NCBI RefSeq assembly: GCF_009914755.1
Contig: NC_060927.1
Length of the DNA stretch: 64,000 bases
Strand: one strand, 5' to 3'
DNA from: the human T2T-CHM13v2.0 reference genome, Homo sapiens
Shown: one piece after another, positions 30,331 to 46,007 of the stretch
How the letters are laid out: every line of letters begins with the position of its first letter
Numbering within the stretch: the stretch's first letter is position 1
Program-made: the position numbers and the translations under genes
The notes under the pieces: model-generated
Database searches by the model: none
Seen by the model: only the letters and a program-made list of their open reading frames with translations
Told to the model about the DNA's origin: nothing

Positions 30331-31875
30331 GTCTAGATTGTGAGCTTCTCAAGGGCATAAACCATCTCTTGTTCATCTTTAGGGTCTCTGTGCCCAGAAC
30401 AATGCCTAATACTTGGCAGACTTTAAAATATATTTTATTAAGTGAATTGAGATGCAAAATTTATGTCACTTTTGAGGTTTGTATTATGTGTTGCTAATGG
30501 TTAAGTTGTCTCTACCACTGATATTCAAATAGCTTGTCCTCTGACGCTAAAGAACATCTTGCAACCTTATAATAAGCTTCATCACTCTTCTACATGAAGA
30601 AAACTAATCTTTTATAGTTTATCTTATGAATACCATTTCTAATGAAAAGTTTTTCAGAGTTTTGAAATGGTGTTATTCTTTTCTGAATTGGGAGATCAAA
30701 GGCTTTCTAAAGGGGCTCTGTGAGAGGACATGGTTGGTGAAGCACGCCTGTTTTATATACCCTGCATCTGCTGACAACCCTTCAACTCAGTCTTCATTTT
30801 TTAAAAACTTGCTTGAGACTTCCCTTGGAGGTTTTAGCTTCTAATTTGAGAAAGATCTTGCAATGTATAAATCTATTTCAAATCCGCAGTTATGTTTTCC
30901 AAAAGATAAAGACCCAAAAGTTCCCTGACAGAAAGGCCCACGTATACCAAAGCTCCGAGTGAGTTGGGCCTCTGTCTTTATTATTTCTTTGCCTATCCTG
31001 TGAGGGTTGTAGGCAGCACTTTATAGGATGCAAACTACTTTCTCTGTCAATTATGTCTTTTATTTTTCTTGTATGGCTTTTATTTCTATGTTTTACATCA
31101 GTTTGATGTTGCTGTTACTTTGAGTGTATTTTAACTTTGAATGTGTTCTAACTTCAGAAGTGTCCTATATGTTCTGTGTGAAGACTTAAGCATTTTTAGT
31201 TTTGATAAAGAAGGCTTTGGTCCATGAAAGAATATTCTGTTACAGTGAAATGTCCTTTATTTACTTTCTAATATAGAGGAAATCTTTCATTTAGAGGTGA
31301 GAAGATTAATTTTAGTCAGTTTTGTTAAAATGGCCTTAATTGCATCCTCATTTCAATTATTAAGTGTAAAATAAAAATAATCTTAGAGGACTGTGTATAA
31401 GGCCTTGTTTGTAAATTATTATATCAGCAAAGAAAATAATGCTCATGTGAATGAGCTGTGGTTCATAATGAAGGAAAACTGTTCCTGCACAACAACTTTC
31501 TTATCTGTGAGTAACAGTAAGTATAGTCATTAGTGGTTTACTAAGAAGATAACACTGTTATCATCCTCAATAGTAGTTTGAGTGTCTAGTGTATTTGGGT
31601 CATGGTGTTAGATGTTGGGGTTATAAAGTGCAATATGACTATCTCTGTGCTTGAGAAGGAAATGAGGCTGGGAACTGGCCAGACTTTACACCTCCAGGGA
31701 ACCAGGCAAGTCGTAAGTGGAAGAAAACATAGTTCAAATTGTAGACCATTATGAAGACGATAAGGGGGCTGTGGGGAGTACTAAAGAAAATGACTGAAGG
31801 AAAAATGAAAAGGGCCGAAGTAGAAAACATAAATAAGACCTTTTCTCAGGATATGTGGATGCATATATTCTATAA

Positions 31876-32262
<387 letters not shown>

Positions 32263-32534
32263 TAGAGATTACTGAGACATCCTAGATCTCAGAATTTAGG
32301 ACATGAAAGAATGTTACTAGGTATTGCCATCCTTTGAAACTATGCTTCTTCTGAGATTTTTAATTTTGAAATTCCATTCTTTAACTATAACCTTTTTCCC
32401 CTATTTCCTTCCATTGAAACTGTTTTTTGGCCTCATTAAGACCAAGTCTTTGACCCTTTCTAATCTCCCAGTTTCTGAGAATAGTCCTAGGTTTACTTCA
32501 ATCCTGCTGTTGGATTGTGCAGCCAGAAATTTCT

Positions 32535-34355
<1,821 letters not shown>

Positions 34356-34649
34356 TGTAGCAGTAGTTTTAAATTCAGTCTTGACATCTTCACTTCTTTT
34401 TTTCCCTTCACTTTTTCTTTCACTTATCCTGTAAGCCTGGCTTAATTCATCTGATCCATTTTCTTTAATTATGTCCCCAGGCTTTTTAAGAAAATCAAAT
34501 AACATTTTGATTGACTCTCTTGTTTAAGATCTTGATGCTGCTGTATTTATTTCTGAATTATTTCCTTCCCTTTTCCTACAGCAATCGTTCCAATCTTTAT
34601 AGCACTTAAGCAACATAATGTCTTATTGCCAGTCCTAACCCTCTTTTTA

Positions 34650-35900
34650 GAAGACCTATGTGTAGAGATATCTGGAAAGCAATGGTAAATTTGGACCTAA
34701 ACCTTGAGAAATGTTGATGCTAAAGACACAGATTTTGGAGTCATTAGATAACATGGTTCTTAAAGCTATAGATATGGATGAGCTTACTCAAATAGGAAGT
34801 CCATGAAGTAGGAAGAGAAGATGAGAGCTTAGAATATAATCCTGGGGGACAATCGTATTTAAAGGTTGGGCTGAGAAGAAGCTAGCATGTGACTAATAGG
34901 AGGACACATAAGTTAGCGGAGAACCAGGAAGGAGAGATGTACCGAAAACTAAAGGAAAAGAAAGCTTCGAGATGTAGTGAATGAGCCAGGCGTGGTGGCA
35001 TGCACCTGTAGTCCCAGCTTCTTGGAGGCTGGAGTGGAAGATTGCTTGAGGCCAGGAATTTGAGGCTGCAGTGAGCTGTGATTGTGCTACTGCACACCGG
35101 CCTGGGTGACAGGGAATGGTCAACAGGATTAAATGATGCCTGGAGAACAAGAACATGCTAACAGAAAGCAGGCCAGTGGATTTGGCTAGTAGCATCAGCA
35201 AGGTCGGTAGGAGCTTGTAATGAGTGGATCGAGGTAGTGAGTAGACATTAATCTCTCAAGTACATTGATTGGAAGTGGTAAGGCAGAAGGTAGTGCAGCT
35301 GAAAGAGACGGTGAGACATTGTTCTCTGATGTTTGTCACTCAGAATCAACTTGGGCAAAGCCAAGTTCCTCATCCTGCTTTATCTGCCATTTGTCTGCTT
35401 TCTAATTTCAGTGAGTAGAGTCACCTTTTACCTGGTTGTAGAAGCTGGAAACCTTGTACTCTTCTGTGACTTCTCCCTTACCTCTCCTCCCATCCGTACT
35501 CCTACTCAACCCCCCATTTCAATGGTAACCAGAGACGTTTGATTTTTTCTCCGTAATGTGTTCATCATTCCCTCTGTTGACTTCTTCTGCAGCTTCTTAG
35601 GTTGGGATCTCCCGTTTTTCCTTGATAGTGCAATAGCCCTCTTACTGGTCCTTAAAGTCTTCTTGTCTCGCCTCATCCATTCTTCATACTGCCCCACCTA
35701 TCTTTTTAAAACATGGTTCCCATCATGTCTTTCCACTTCTTAAAAATGTCAGTTGCCTTCCCACTGCCTGCTATATATAGTATACTAAATATTCATTAAA
35801 TGAGTACTGGTTATGTGTCAGGCATTATACTAGGCACTAGAGGTACAATGATGAACAAGATAGACATGGGCCCTGCTGCCATCTAGTGTAATGGCATATA
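34650..35900. mobile_element. L2 fragments in both orientations, with an Alu monomer at about 34985-35110
   Basis: ATTTTGGAGTCATTAG, GCAATAGCCCTCTTACTGGTC, TATGTGTCAGGCATTATACTAGGCAC. Confidence 0.65.
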
Positions 35901-36037
35901 AGGCTTTTCATGGTTTGGGTACCAGCTTATCTTTCTAGGGTCATCTCCAACTTCTGCTTATATCCTCCAGACATTTTGGACTACTACTTTTCCCATGGAC
36001 AAAATCTGTATTGTGAAATCACTGTGTCTTTCTGTGC

Positions 36038-36093
36038 TGTTTCCTACCCAGAATGCCTTTCTGCACTGTTTCCTACCCAGAATGCCTTTCTGC
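36038..36093. repeat. 29-bp tandem duplication
   Basis: TGTTTCCTACCCAGAATGCCTTTCTGC occurs twice in tandem. Confidence 0.9.
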
Positions 36094-36490
36094 TGTCTGC
36101 TTGTCATTTTTTTTTATAGTAGACTATTTATAGTCAGATGGTGTTTGTTTTCTTCAAATTAGCCATTGGCTGTTAGTTAACTGCTAAATCATCTGTAAAA
36201 GCTTGATTTTTAAGAAATATTCTACAGCTAACAGTAATCTGCATACTGCTCCTGCTTCTTCCTGCTACACGAAAGAAGTTTTGGGGTGACTTCTTTGTAG
36301 AGAGAAATAGCTGTCTAGAATTTAATACTAGTAATTCTGTATGGTTTCTTTCTGGTCAATAAGAATGCATGGAATAGAGGCGAAAAGCAGAAATAAGCAC
36401 TTGTGTGCTCTGGAGAAACCCATTAATGCCTGACTCATTTCATAGAGTATTTGGATTTTGAATGTATTGATTTATCTTCTTCCAATTTAG

Positions 36491-36621
36491 ACTGATGATG
36501 AAGATGAGTCTTTTATTCTTGAGGATCCTACATTGTTAAACATTGATACTATTGATTCTCACTCCTATGATACTTCATCTGTGGCAAGCTCAGATAGTGG
36601 TGACAGGACCAACTTAAAAAG
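36491..36621 (+). CDS. VPS8: VPS8 exon 4
   Basis: tttag|ACTGAT...AAAG|gtaggt; 131 nt; TDDEDESFILEDPTLLNIDTIDSHSYDTSSVASSDSGDRTNLK(R). Confidence 0.95.
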
Positions 36622-38180
36622 GTAGGTATTCATGTCAATCATACTTGCTTACAGTTGAAGTATTCAATTGTTTCAAATGTAAATATTGTACTTTTTAAAG
36701 TACAATATGGTCTGTTGAAGCCTTGCATGGGAAGTAGAAGGGATATAATATCTTGAAAATTTTGGTACCATTAAGGAAGAATGTAAAAGGGTAGGTGCTA
36801 TGACCACAGTCTGAACTCTCGGTAGGAAACCATAATGATAGCCAGGGACTTCTGGAAGCAGGAGAGCCCTTGGAGGAAGCACAGATTAAACCTGGCACAG
36901 TGTCTGTGGTGGAAACATGCAGCTTGGTTCACTGCCCTACTGTTCTGCCCACCCTCCCGCACCTCCCTGTCATCCGCATTCTCTAAGATCAGCCTTCCTT
37001 CATGCTCTTGGAGTGGGTTCAGAGAATCACAAAGACGATTAAAAATTCAGGAAAAGGACTTCTAACCCTAAATAACTTAAATTTGGGCTGCTTTTCACCT
37101 TCCAAGTTCTTGGAGAGACTATGAAAAGGAAAGAGAATTGGAGGAATCATACTATAAATACATTATTGAATTCACGTGTAACTTTAATATTGATAAAGTG
37201 ATCTGTTTTTCTTCTTCTTCGATTTTGCCTGTGTCAATGTTCTTTTCTTTAGGTTATCTCTTATGGGATAGGGGCTGTTGCTGGATATGTTAACCTGTTC
37301 AACAATGTGTCCTTCAAATAGATAACTTAAATGTTTTTGATGATCTGGTCACTACCTGCTTAAAAGATATGGTATCATCTTGTTGCCTGCAAAATTAAGT
37401 CAGAACTCCTCTGCATGGCATCAGTCTGGGCCACGCTTACTGTTTTGACCTGATCTCTAAGCACTCACACTTCAGCCCTCCTAGTCTGTACCTTTTGTGT
37501 ATGTGTACCCCAGACACACTGTACACCTTTACATCTTCATATTTCTGCCTGTGCTTTTTGCCTGACAAACTCCTAGTCATCCATCAAGGTCAAATTAGTC
37601 ATCTTCTCTTTTCTATAGCTGTCCCTAATGCCCCCCAAATAAACAGAATTAAACTGTTCTTCATTTGCATTTATATGGCACTTAATTCATATCTCTAATA
37701 TAACATTTATCCTTTAGAGTTACTTCTCAGCCCCTCAGCTATGAAATCCTTGACAGTAATAACTGACTTTCTTATTTTTGTATTCCCAGAGCATACTTCT
37801 AGTGATACAAAGTAGGTGCTCAGTAATGTTGGGTAAAAGTTTAAAAGTTACTTTTTGTATGAGGATGAGTAGAGGGGGAATTTGAGGAGGTGGTTGAAGA
37901 TTGAGAGGGTGGTCATAGGAGAAGCAGCAGCACAGGAAAGGTGAGCAAGGGTAAGAAGGCAGTAGGGTAATGTAGACTTGCAGGCCGGAGGAGTGCTCTG
38001 TAGGCAGCCTTCTGGAGAACATGAGAACCTACTGCCGCATTCCCTAAGGTGGGCATGGAGCAGTTTGAATCGTGAGAAAGGAATGGTGATTTGATTCATT
38101 TTCCTGCTTGTGCTTCTTTGAGGTTCAAGGCGGGTTTAATACATTTTAAGGTGGGATTGTTAGATCCGTCATACCTCTTT

Positions 38181-38321
38181 TAGGAGATATACCTAATGCT
38201 AAATGATGAGTTAATGGGTGCAGTACACCAACATGGCACATGTATACATATGTAACAAACCTGCACATTGTGCACATGTACCCTAAAACTTAAAGTATAA
38301 TAATAATAAAAGAAAAAAAAA
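38181..38321 (+). mobile_element. L1PA 3'-end fragment (~140 bp)
   Basis: TAGGAGATATACCTAATGCTAAATGA...CATGTACCCTAAAACTTAAAGTATAATAATAATAAAA, near identical to young primate L1. Confidence 0.93.
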
Positions 38322-38450
38322 CAGATCTAACAAATTACATACAATGTTGTCTTCTGCTTTTTGTGCGTGTGTGTTTTCTTTCAAAGCTTTGGGACCTCTC
38401 CTTTTCACTATTTTTATCTGTTTTTAAATGTTTTTCTTTTTTTTTTTCAG

Positions 38451-38544
38451 GAAGAAGAAATTACCTGATTCTTTTTCACTTCATGGATCAGTTATGCGCC
38501 ATTCACTTTTGAAGGGAATTTCTGCCCAGATAGTGTCTGCAGCT
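38451..38544 (+). CDS. VPS8: VPS8 exon 5 (to aa 149)
   Basis: ttcag|GAAG...GCT|gtaagt; 94 nt; KKKLPDSFSLHGSVMRHSLLKGISAQIVSAA; phase matches exon 4. Confidence 0.95.
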
Positions 38545-39496
38545 GTAAGTATTTTGTTCTTTTCCCTCAACTTTGTAACCTGCAATGGCATAATGAAGTA
38601 GGAATGAGCATAGAACAAAATACAGCACTTCTCTTGGCCCGAGGCTTAAGAAAAATAGAATCTGGCTTTCATGGTTTTTGTGTGATGATTTTTGACTTAT
38701 GAGACATGGCTACACGTCTTGACAGAAATTAGTGCAGCCATGAAAATAAAGTTCTGCTCAGAGTCTAGGCTGTGCCTAAATGAAATATGGCAGCAAGCCT
38801 AAAATAAATACTATTTGCCTTTTCTTTAAATTCCTTTTCATTTAGTTGCCGTCTTGTGTATTTGTTGAGATTGTGTGCTTGTTTTTTTTTTCTCTTTTCA
38901 TATGGAGAAATGATTGATCAGAATCTTTTACAACTGAATGATTTTTTTTTTTTGTAATTCACAAAAGTATTTTCATGTCCCTTATTTCATTTATTCTTAC
39001 AACTTGGAAACTAGGTAAAGCTGTATTCTATTTTACAAATGAGAAGATAGGCTCAGGAAGGTGATATTAACTTGTCTTAGATCATTCTGTTAGGAGGTAG
39101 CAAGGCATTTATTCAAAATTGGGGTTTCTGGCTTCAAGTGTAGTGCCTCTATTGTGAAATGGAGGTGGCATTGGTGAATGTGGTCAATGTGTAAAATGGC
39201 TGGAACAGAGTATCTGTGGCCTTTTTTGAAAATTATGTAGAGCACTGGGTTAATGTAAACGATATTTAATGGTCCATAGACAGCAGAACTTTTCGTTTGA
39301 CACTATCAGACTTTTCTTTTGACCCCAAAGCCCATAGTTTTATGTAGTCTTTCAATTTTGGTTTTCTGAGTACAATGTACAGATTCTGTATATAATGATA
39401 ATGACAGATTTATACTCCAGGAAGTTTAATGTATTTTCATGTTCTTTTTGGGGCATTTAATTGGCATTTTGCATATCCAAGTTGGACAAGAAATAA

Positions 39497-39810
<314 letters not shown>

Positions 39811-40048
39811 AAGTTTGGATTTTTCAAGAGGATGAGAGATTGATACAGAATTACAAGATACCACAATTGCACTTCAATGTTCAGGTTTATCAGAAAAAGC
39901 CCTTAGTGCAAATAACAACAACAACAACAAAAGTATTTACTATAACAATTGGGGTATCCTGACCTAGCTCATATATCATGAAGTGAATTTAAATAGAGAG
40001 ATGCTCAAGCAATAGAGGAAACCTGGGCAATTGTTCTTCCTCTTTTAG

Positions 40049-40207
40049 GTGGAGAGTAACTCATATTTGCTAGAATGGGAACCACCTGTTGAGGATTACA
40101 TTTCCATGACGTTTTCTGAATTTAATCCTTATGTAGGTGATGAAATTCATTCCTTTCAAAATCAAGATGAACCAGAACAGTCATTTGACCCACCTGTGCA
40201 GTTTTAA
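40049..40207 (+). CDS. VPS8: Candidate alternative exon in intron 5: cassette 40049-40132 or terminal exon to stop 40205-40207
   Basis: Acceptor ttcttcctcttttag|GTG; open in the frame of exon 5 for 52 codons; donor TAT|gtaggt at 40132/40133; AATAAA at 40319-40324. Confidence 0.5.
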   Translation: MESNSYLLEWEPPVEDYISMTFSEFNPYVGDEIHSFQNQDEPEQSFDPPVQF

Positions 40208-40795
40208 AAATATTTTGAGTAATGGAGACTGAGCTAAAACTCAGACTCTGAACAATGATTAGATAAATCTGTTATTTAAAAGGAGTTCTCCTTCCCCTTG
40301 AAGAGGAGGGGAAATTCTAATAAATCCCAGAGTGTTTGCATTCTGTTTTTATTTGATTGCTATGGCTGAGCTCCTTTGGTATGTTAAAATGAAAACTGCC
40401 TTTCCTGTGACAGTCATCATACGGTGCCTTCCTATTTTTGGATTACCAGCTCAATTTAAATTGCATGCTTTCCTGTGATGGTTGGTTTATTAACATGTAA
40501 AGCTAGTTATATTTTTGGATATTTCTCCCTGAATAATTGCTCAATAGTGCCTTCAGCCATGTGGTTAGTGATGTTATTAGGGCTGTTTGGGGCCTTGATC
40601 ACAGTTTTGGGATTCATGCATGGAAAACACTTGGAGAGATGAAATTTTTGCAATTGTGAAGCTCATTTTTTAATTTGGGATCCTTTTCAAAGTAGTATGA
40701 CATGTGACTATACTTTAAAATAATTCAAAGTAACTTTTTTTTAAGGATCTTTATTATTTTTATGATCAACTTGAAAATACTAGAGATAGCTTAGT

Positions 40796-40960
40796 GTAGT
40801 GTTTTTTTTCAAAATGCGTCCACTGTATAAGAATCTCCTAGGGTACTGATTAAATTGCAGATTCCTGGGGCTCACCCCAAACCTACAGAATCCCGAGCAT
40901 ACAGGCATCCCAGGTGATTCCCATGCATTTTGACTTTTGAGACCCACTACCCTCAGATAT
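40796..40960. mobile_element. MER5A
   Basis: AGAATCTCCTAGGG...TGCAGATTCCTGGG...CCCAGGTGATTC...TTGAGACCCACT. Confidence 0.75.
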
Positions 40961-41077
40961 TGCAACACCAGTACTAAAATTCTGTAATCTCTACAATGCT
41001 TCCTAATATCTGTGTTTTTTTTAGCTTTTGAAGTCAGGTGACTTCTGATTCCATTATTCAGGTTCTATTTTGAATAT

Positions 41078-41218
41078 AGAACAGACCTTCGAATAACATC
41101 ATTTTGTTCAATGTCATTTTGTTATAATGTTAATGAAGAAAAAACAATTGGTTTAAGTTGTTTTGCTTAAAGTCAGTTTCTAAGAACTTACTGACAACAT
41201 TAAGTGAGGTCTTACTAG
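41078..41218 (+). mobile_element. MER6-family deletion derivative (TcMar-Tigger)
   Basis: CTTCGAATAACATCATTTTGTTCAATGTC left end and CATTAAGTGAGGTCTTACT right end. Confidence 0.65.
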
Positions 41219-42515
41219 AGTTTTTGACCTTCATCTGCTGTCTCATTTCTCTTTCCCTGTCTAGATGCAAATCAGTCATTTATTAACTATGTATTACATG
41301 CTTCTTAATTGTCGAGCATTATGTTAGGCATGTTTGACACACAGACATATACACTCAAAGTTGGATAGATGCTGCTATCCAGAGCATTGTGTGTAGCAGC
41401 CTTGCTCATTGCTTTTTTCTCCTGTTTCCATGTACTGGAGTAAGTTTAAGTGAGTGCCCAGGAAGCTCTACAGAGTTTGTTAAATAGAGTCTGTAGAGTC
41501 TGCCTTCTGAGAGATGATAATAATTGACCACGCTGACAAGGACAGACATAGAAAAGAAGATGTGTAAGTGATACAAGGAGCCTGTCCTGGGATTTGGAAG
41601 CTCTGAGTTTGAGATGTAGTTCTGCCACTTACCAAGTACCCTTTGTCAAGTCAGTTAAACTCTTGGAAATGTCTGTTTTTAAAATCTGGAAAATCAGAAT
41701 AACATTGCCTGTTCTATACATCTCTCTAGGTCTGAGAATCAAGTAGTGTAATATCTGTATACGCAAGCTCTTTGCTGCTACAGTACTGTATCACTACAAA
41801 CTCTTAGGGTTATTTAAAGCTATGTGAGCATAGAATTGATACTCTTACATATTTATTTGATTCTTCACATTTAATTTGATCCTCAGGACAGCTCACTGAG
41901 GTAAACAGTGCAGTATTTGCTATTTCTTTGAACAGATGAGGAGACTAATGTTCAGAAAAGTTAGGTGACTTTTCAAATGCCATGTAGTTACCGGTAAGGA
42001 GCTGGGACTAGTACTTCTTTATGTTTTAATTTCTTATGCTTGAGAACTGATTTAATATACCCTGTTGGGGTTTATTTAGAGGTTATTAGGTAATTGGTAG
42101 ATAGGAAAGTCCTACTTAGTAGTAGAAACATCTTTAACATGTTTACTTTTCTCAAATCTTTATGTACTCCTACCATTTTGACCCCATAGTACTTATAGTT
42201 TATTCAAGTATAGAAAATGGAACATCTTTCCTCTTTTTCCTTTGCATTTCCATTATAATCAGTACCCTCCCTGAGGCATCTTACTTAGCAAAGGCACTTA
42301 TATACTTAGTAAAATAAAACAATCCCCTTTCATGCCCTTTGTATTTTGTTGAGATATATAGCTTTTGTAATTTCTGTTAGTTGGGGGCAAAAATAAAGGT
42401 TCTACCTCTAATCTAAATTGATTTGGAGCAAGTATATGTAAAGCAAGAGCCATATACCATTTTCTGTTTTAAAATGAGAATATTTTTCAAATACTTTCTT
42501 TAAAATTTCATTTAG

Positions 42516-42548
42516 GACAAAGTAGATGCTGGCTTGCCTACAGCAATT
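42516..42548 (+). CDS. VPS8: VPS8 exon 6, aa 150-160
   Basis: tttag|GAC...ATT|gtaagt; 33 nt; DKVDAGLPTAI. Confidence 0.93.
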
Positions 42549-43499
42549 GTAAGTATACTTTAACTTTTTAAAGGTAAGTTTTCTATTTGATTGGGTTTTC
42601 TTAGATTTATCATTACATTGTTCAAAATACTACATAAGTTGTTATGGTAATAAATTCACAAGTCATTTTACTGCCAGTAATCAGGTTTAACATTTATCCA
42701 TGTTGAATGCTTTCTTTTTTCCTAATTTTTTGTTACTTTTTAGGCTTTTGTTTGAGAAGCAGATAATGGAGTAATATTAGCCTTCTCCAGGTTTATTTGT
42801 TTGTAGTACTACCCTGCCCAAGTAAATTTGCTTCTTCTGTGATTTGGCTCCCCTTCCACAAGGAATGGAAAGCATCATTTGATAGGATCACTTTGTGGAA
42901 AATAGTACATTTAACAGCTCTGGATTCCATTGTCAGGCTTGCCAAATAGAACTCTGTTGCAGTATTGTAGAGAACTAGGGGATATTGAAAGCACGCTGGT
43001 ACTCTCTCTTCTTGTCTTCCTCCAGTGCCTTTTTAGCATTCCTTTTAGTCAGTCTTTGGTAAGGAAGTGGGTGAGTTTTGAACACTTTGGATGGCTTTAG
43101 GCCCCTGCGGATAAACTAGAGAAGTGTGTTCTCATCTCTTCCCCATGCCTCGTAGGAAGCTCTAGGTTGGGTAGCATAAGTGCCTCTTACTTTGCCTGGA
43201 TCCCTGATTTTTTATTTGAAAGTTGCTTTAGAGGAAGCTAAGTGGCATGTTATTGCCTATAATGTTGAACATATGATATTTTGATAGTGTTACTCCTAGA
43301 GTAAATTTAGAGGGATTCTCAGAAATAAAATGTCCTGAGTTTCATTTCCCGTTTTGCCTCCTGGATGAAATTCTTCTTATTTACAATAGTTTGTATGTCA
43401 TCTGGTGCCTAGAGGAAGGCAGGCCAACAAATTCAACTCTGATTATTTCAAGATTCTTAATGTAATGTCTTAAAACGTAATCTTCCCTTTTGTTTTCAG

Positions 43500-43554
43500 G
43501 CAGTATCCAGTCTGATAGCAGTGGGTACATCTCATGGATTGGCTTTAATATTTG
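43500..43554 (+). CDS. VPS8: VPS8 exon 7
   Basis: tttcag|GCA...TTTG|gtaaat; 55 nt; AVSSLIAVGTSHGLALIF, a WD40-type strand. Confidence 0.93.
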
Positions 43555-44201
43555 GTAAATTTTTAAGTGCTTTCCTGCTTTTAAATATTAAGTGTCCTTT
43601 TGGGTTTTATAATGTCCTTTAATCACAGTTTATATAGTGTACTTGATTTTCTTGAACAAAACCAGAAAAACTTGAAAAGTAGCAGTCAGTATTTTTATAG
43701 CTAAAAATTATTTGCCTCACAGCTTTGTTTTGCTGCTTATTGCAAGTTTATTTTCTTCTTCATGAATTTATAAGCTATCATATCTATTGATCTCTCTGCA
43801 AACCTAGACAAAAAGAATAAAGTTGAAGGGAACCTTGGGTTATCATCTTGTCTGCCTCCGGTTGTTGGTGGTGGGGATTTTTGATTCTGAATCACCTTCC
43901 AGTAATGGGTATTCTAAAAGATCTTCAGGAAAACAGGCTTTCTCAGTAATTTTCAGGAGCTCTCACTGACAATAAGCTTTTTTAAAAAATTTCCATTGTA
44001 AATCACTCTAAACCGAATTTTTTTTGGCCTGTAATCACATTGCTTTCTTGGTTGAAAGAGAACTAGTTTTATTTGTATAGTAGAAGATAGTTGTATTTTC
44101 TCATTTTTTTCTACATGAGACTAAATGACTATAGTTTCATTAAACCTTCTTTGCTTTTGAATTCAATGTATGAGTAGAATATTTTGTTCTTTTTAAATTT
44201 A

Positions 44202-44596
<395 letters not shown>

Positions 44597-45896
44597 TCAT
44601 TTCATCTCCCTTAAATGAAAGACTTGAGACACTGTATTTAGTAAGGAATCTACAGACTTCTATATGGATTACCTGAGAATACTTAATAGCAGAACCACGA
44701 TTTGATTTCTGTGGGGCCTTGCATCCTTATTTACCATGGAAGTGGATAACTAGTTATTTTCTGTTGGTTTTGAATGATTTGGCTTACTATTATAAATTTT
44801 GTATTATGACAAAAGCTTTTTAAAATGTAATTGTAAAACCTAGTCTTTTCAAAGGTAATTGATTTAAATAAGAGTTTTATTGTTTGGGGACCAGAAGAGT
44901 AGAAACAAAATTATAATTCCCTTGAAGGAATTTAGAATTGATTGAAAAAGACTCTTAAAACCTATATAGTTGATATATAGTCATAGTAGAAAATATAGAA
45001 AATATAGATGAGCAAAAAGTTGAAGATATACCAAATCCTGCCATGTATTAATAATCCCTAACATTTTTGTATGTAATCTTTTAGTCTTTTTTTCTGTACC
45101 TATATATGTGTATCTATACACCCTCAAATGGGATCATGTTAATTTGTAAACTGCTTTTTATTTTAATGAATATCTTTCCATGCAGTTATATATTTTGTCT
45201 GTAACATCATTTTTAATGGCTATATAGTATTCTATTAAATGGATTCTTCCTAATTTACTTAATCATTTCCTACTATAAGACATTTAAGTTGTTTGTAAAC
45301 ATATAGTACTGTGATGAACATCTTCGTTACTACATTTCTGTGTCCATGATTACTTTTTTAGGACAGATGTTCCTAAAGGTGGAATTGCTTGGATTAGGAG
45401 ATGAACATTAAGGACTTTTGATATGTATCATCTAATGGCCCCCTAGAAAAGTTCTGTCAGCCTGCTCTCCTATCAGGTGTTCAGAATGGTGGTCTTCCTG
45501 TGGGGCATAATTAATGTTAGATAAATAGAATTTTGGGAAAGAAACTTACGAGGTCATTTAGTTCAGTCCCCTTATTTTACATCTGAGGCTGCTGAGGATC
45601 AGAGAGGTTAAGTGAGATGCACAGAGCCAAGTTCAGCCAAGTTCATTGAGGAATGCTGAATCCTGTATAAGTGTATTTCCACTATTCTAAGCAATTCTGC
45701 TATCCTGAGAGAAAAGGAGGCAAATTCTAAGATAGGAAGAAAAGAATAAAAGAACTAAGGTGAATGAGAATAGATGATAATATATATTTGTCAGCAGATT
45801 GCATGTTGATTTTTGGTTCCCATTTACCAGTACTCACTTCTCCTCACCTCTATCTGCTTTAACATCCCTTTCTTGTCAATGTTATAAGAATATGTG

Positions 45897-46007
45897 GAAT
45901 GGCGTGAACCCGGGAGGCGGAGCTTGCAGTGAGCCGAGATCGCGCCACTGCACTCCAGCCTGGGTGACAGAGCGAGACTCCGTCTCAAAAAAAAAAAAAA
46001 AAAAAAA
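45897..46007 (+). mobile_element. Severely 5'-truncated AluY
   Basis: Last ~90 nt of AluY plus A23; TSD AAGAATATGTG at 45886-45896 and 46008-46018. Confidence 0.93.
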
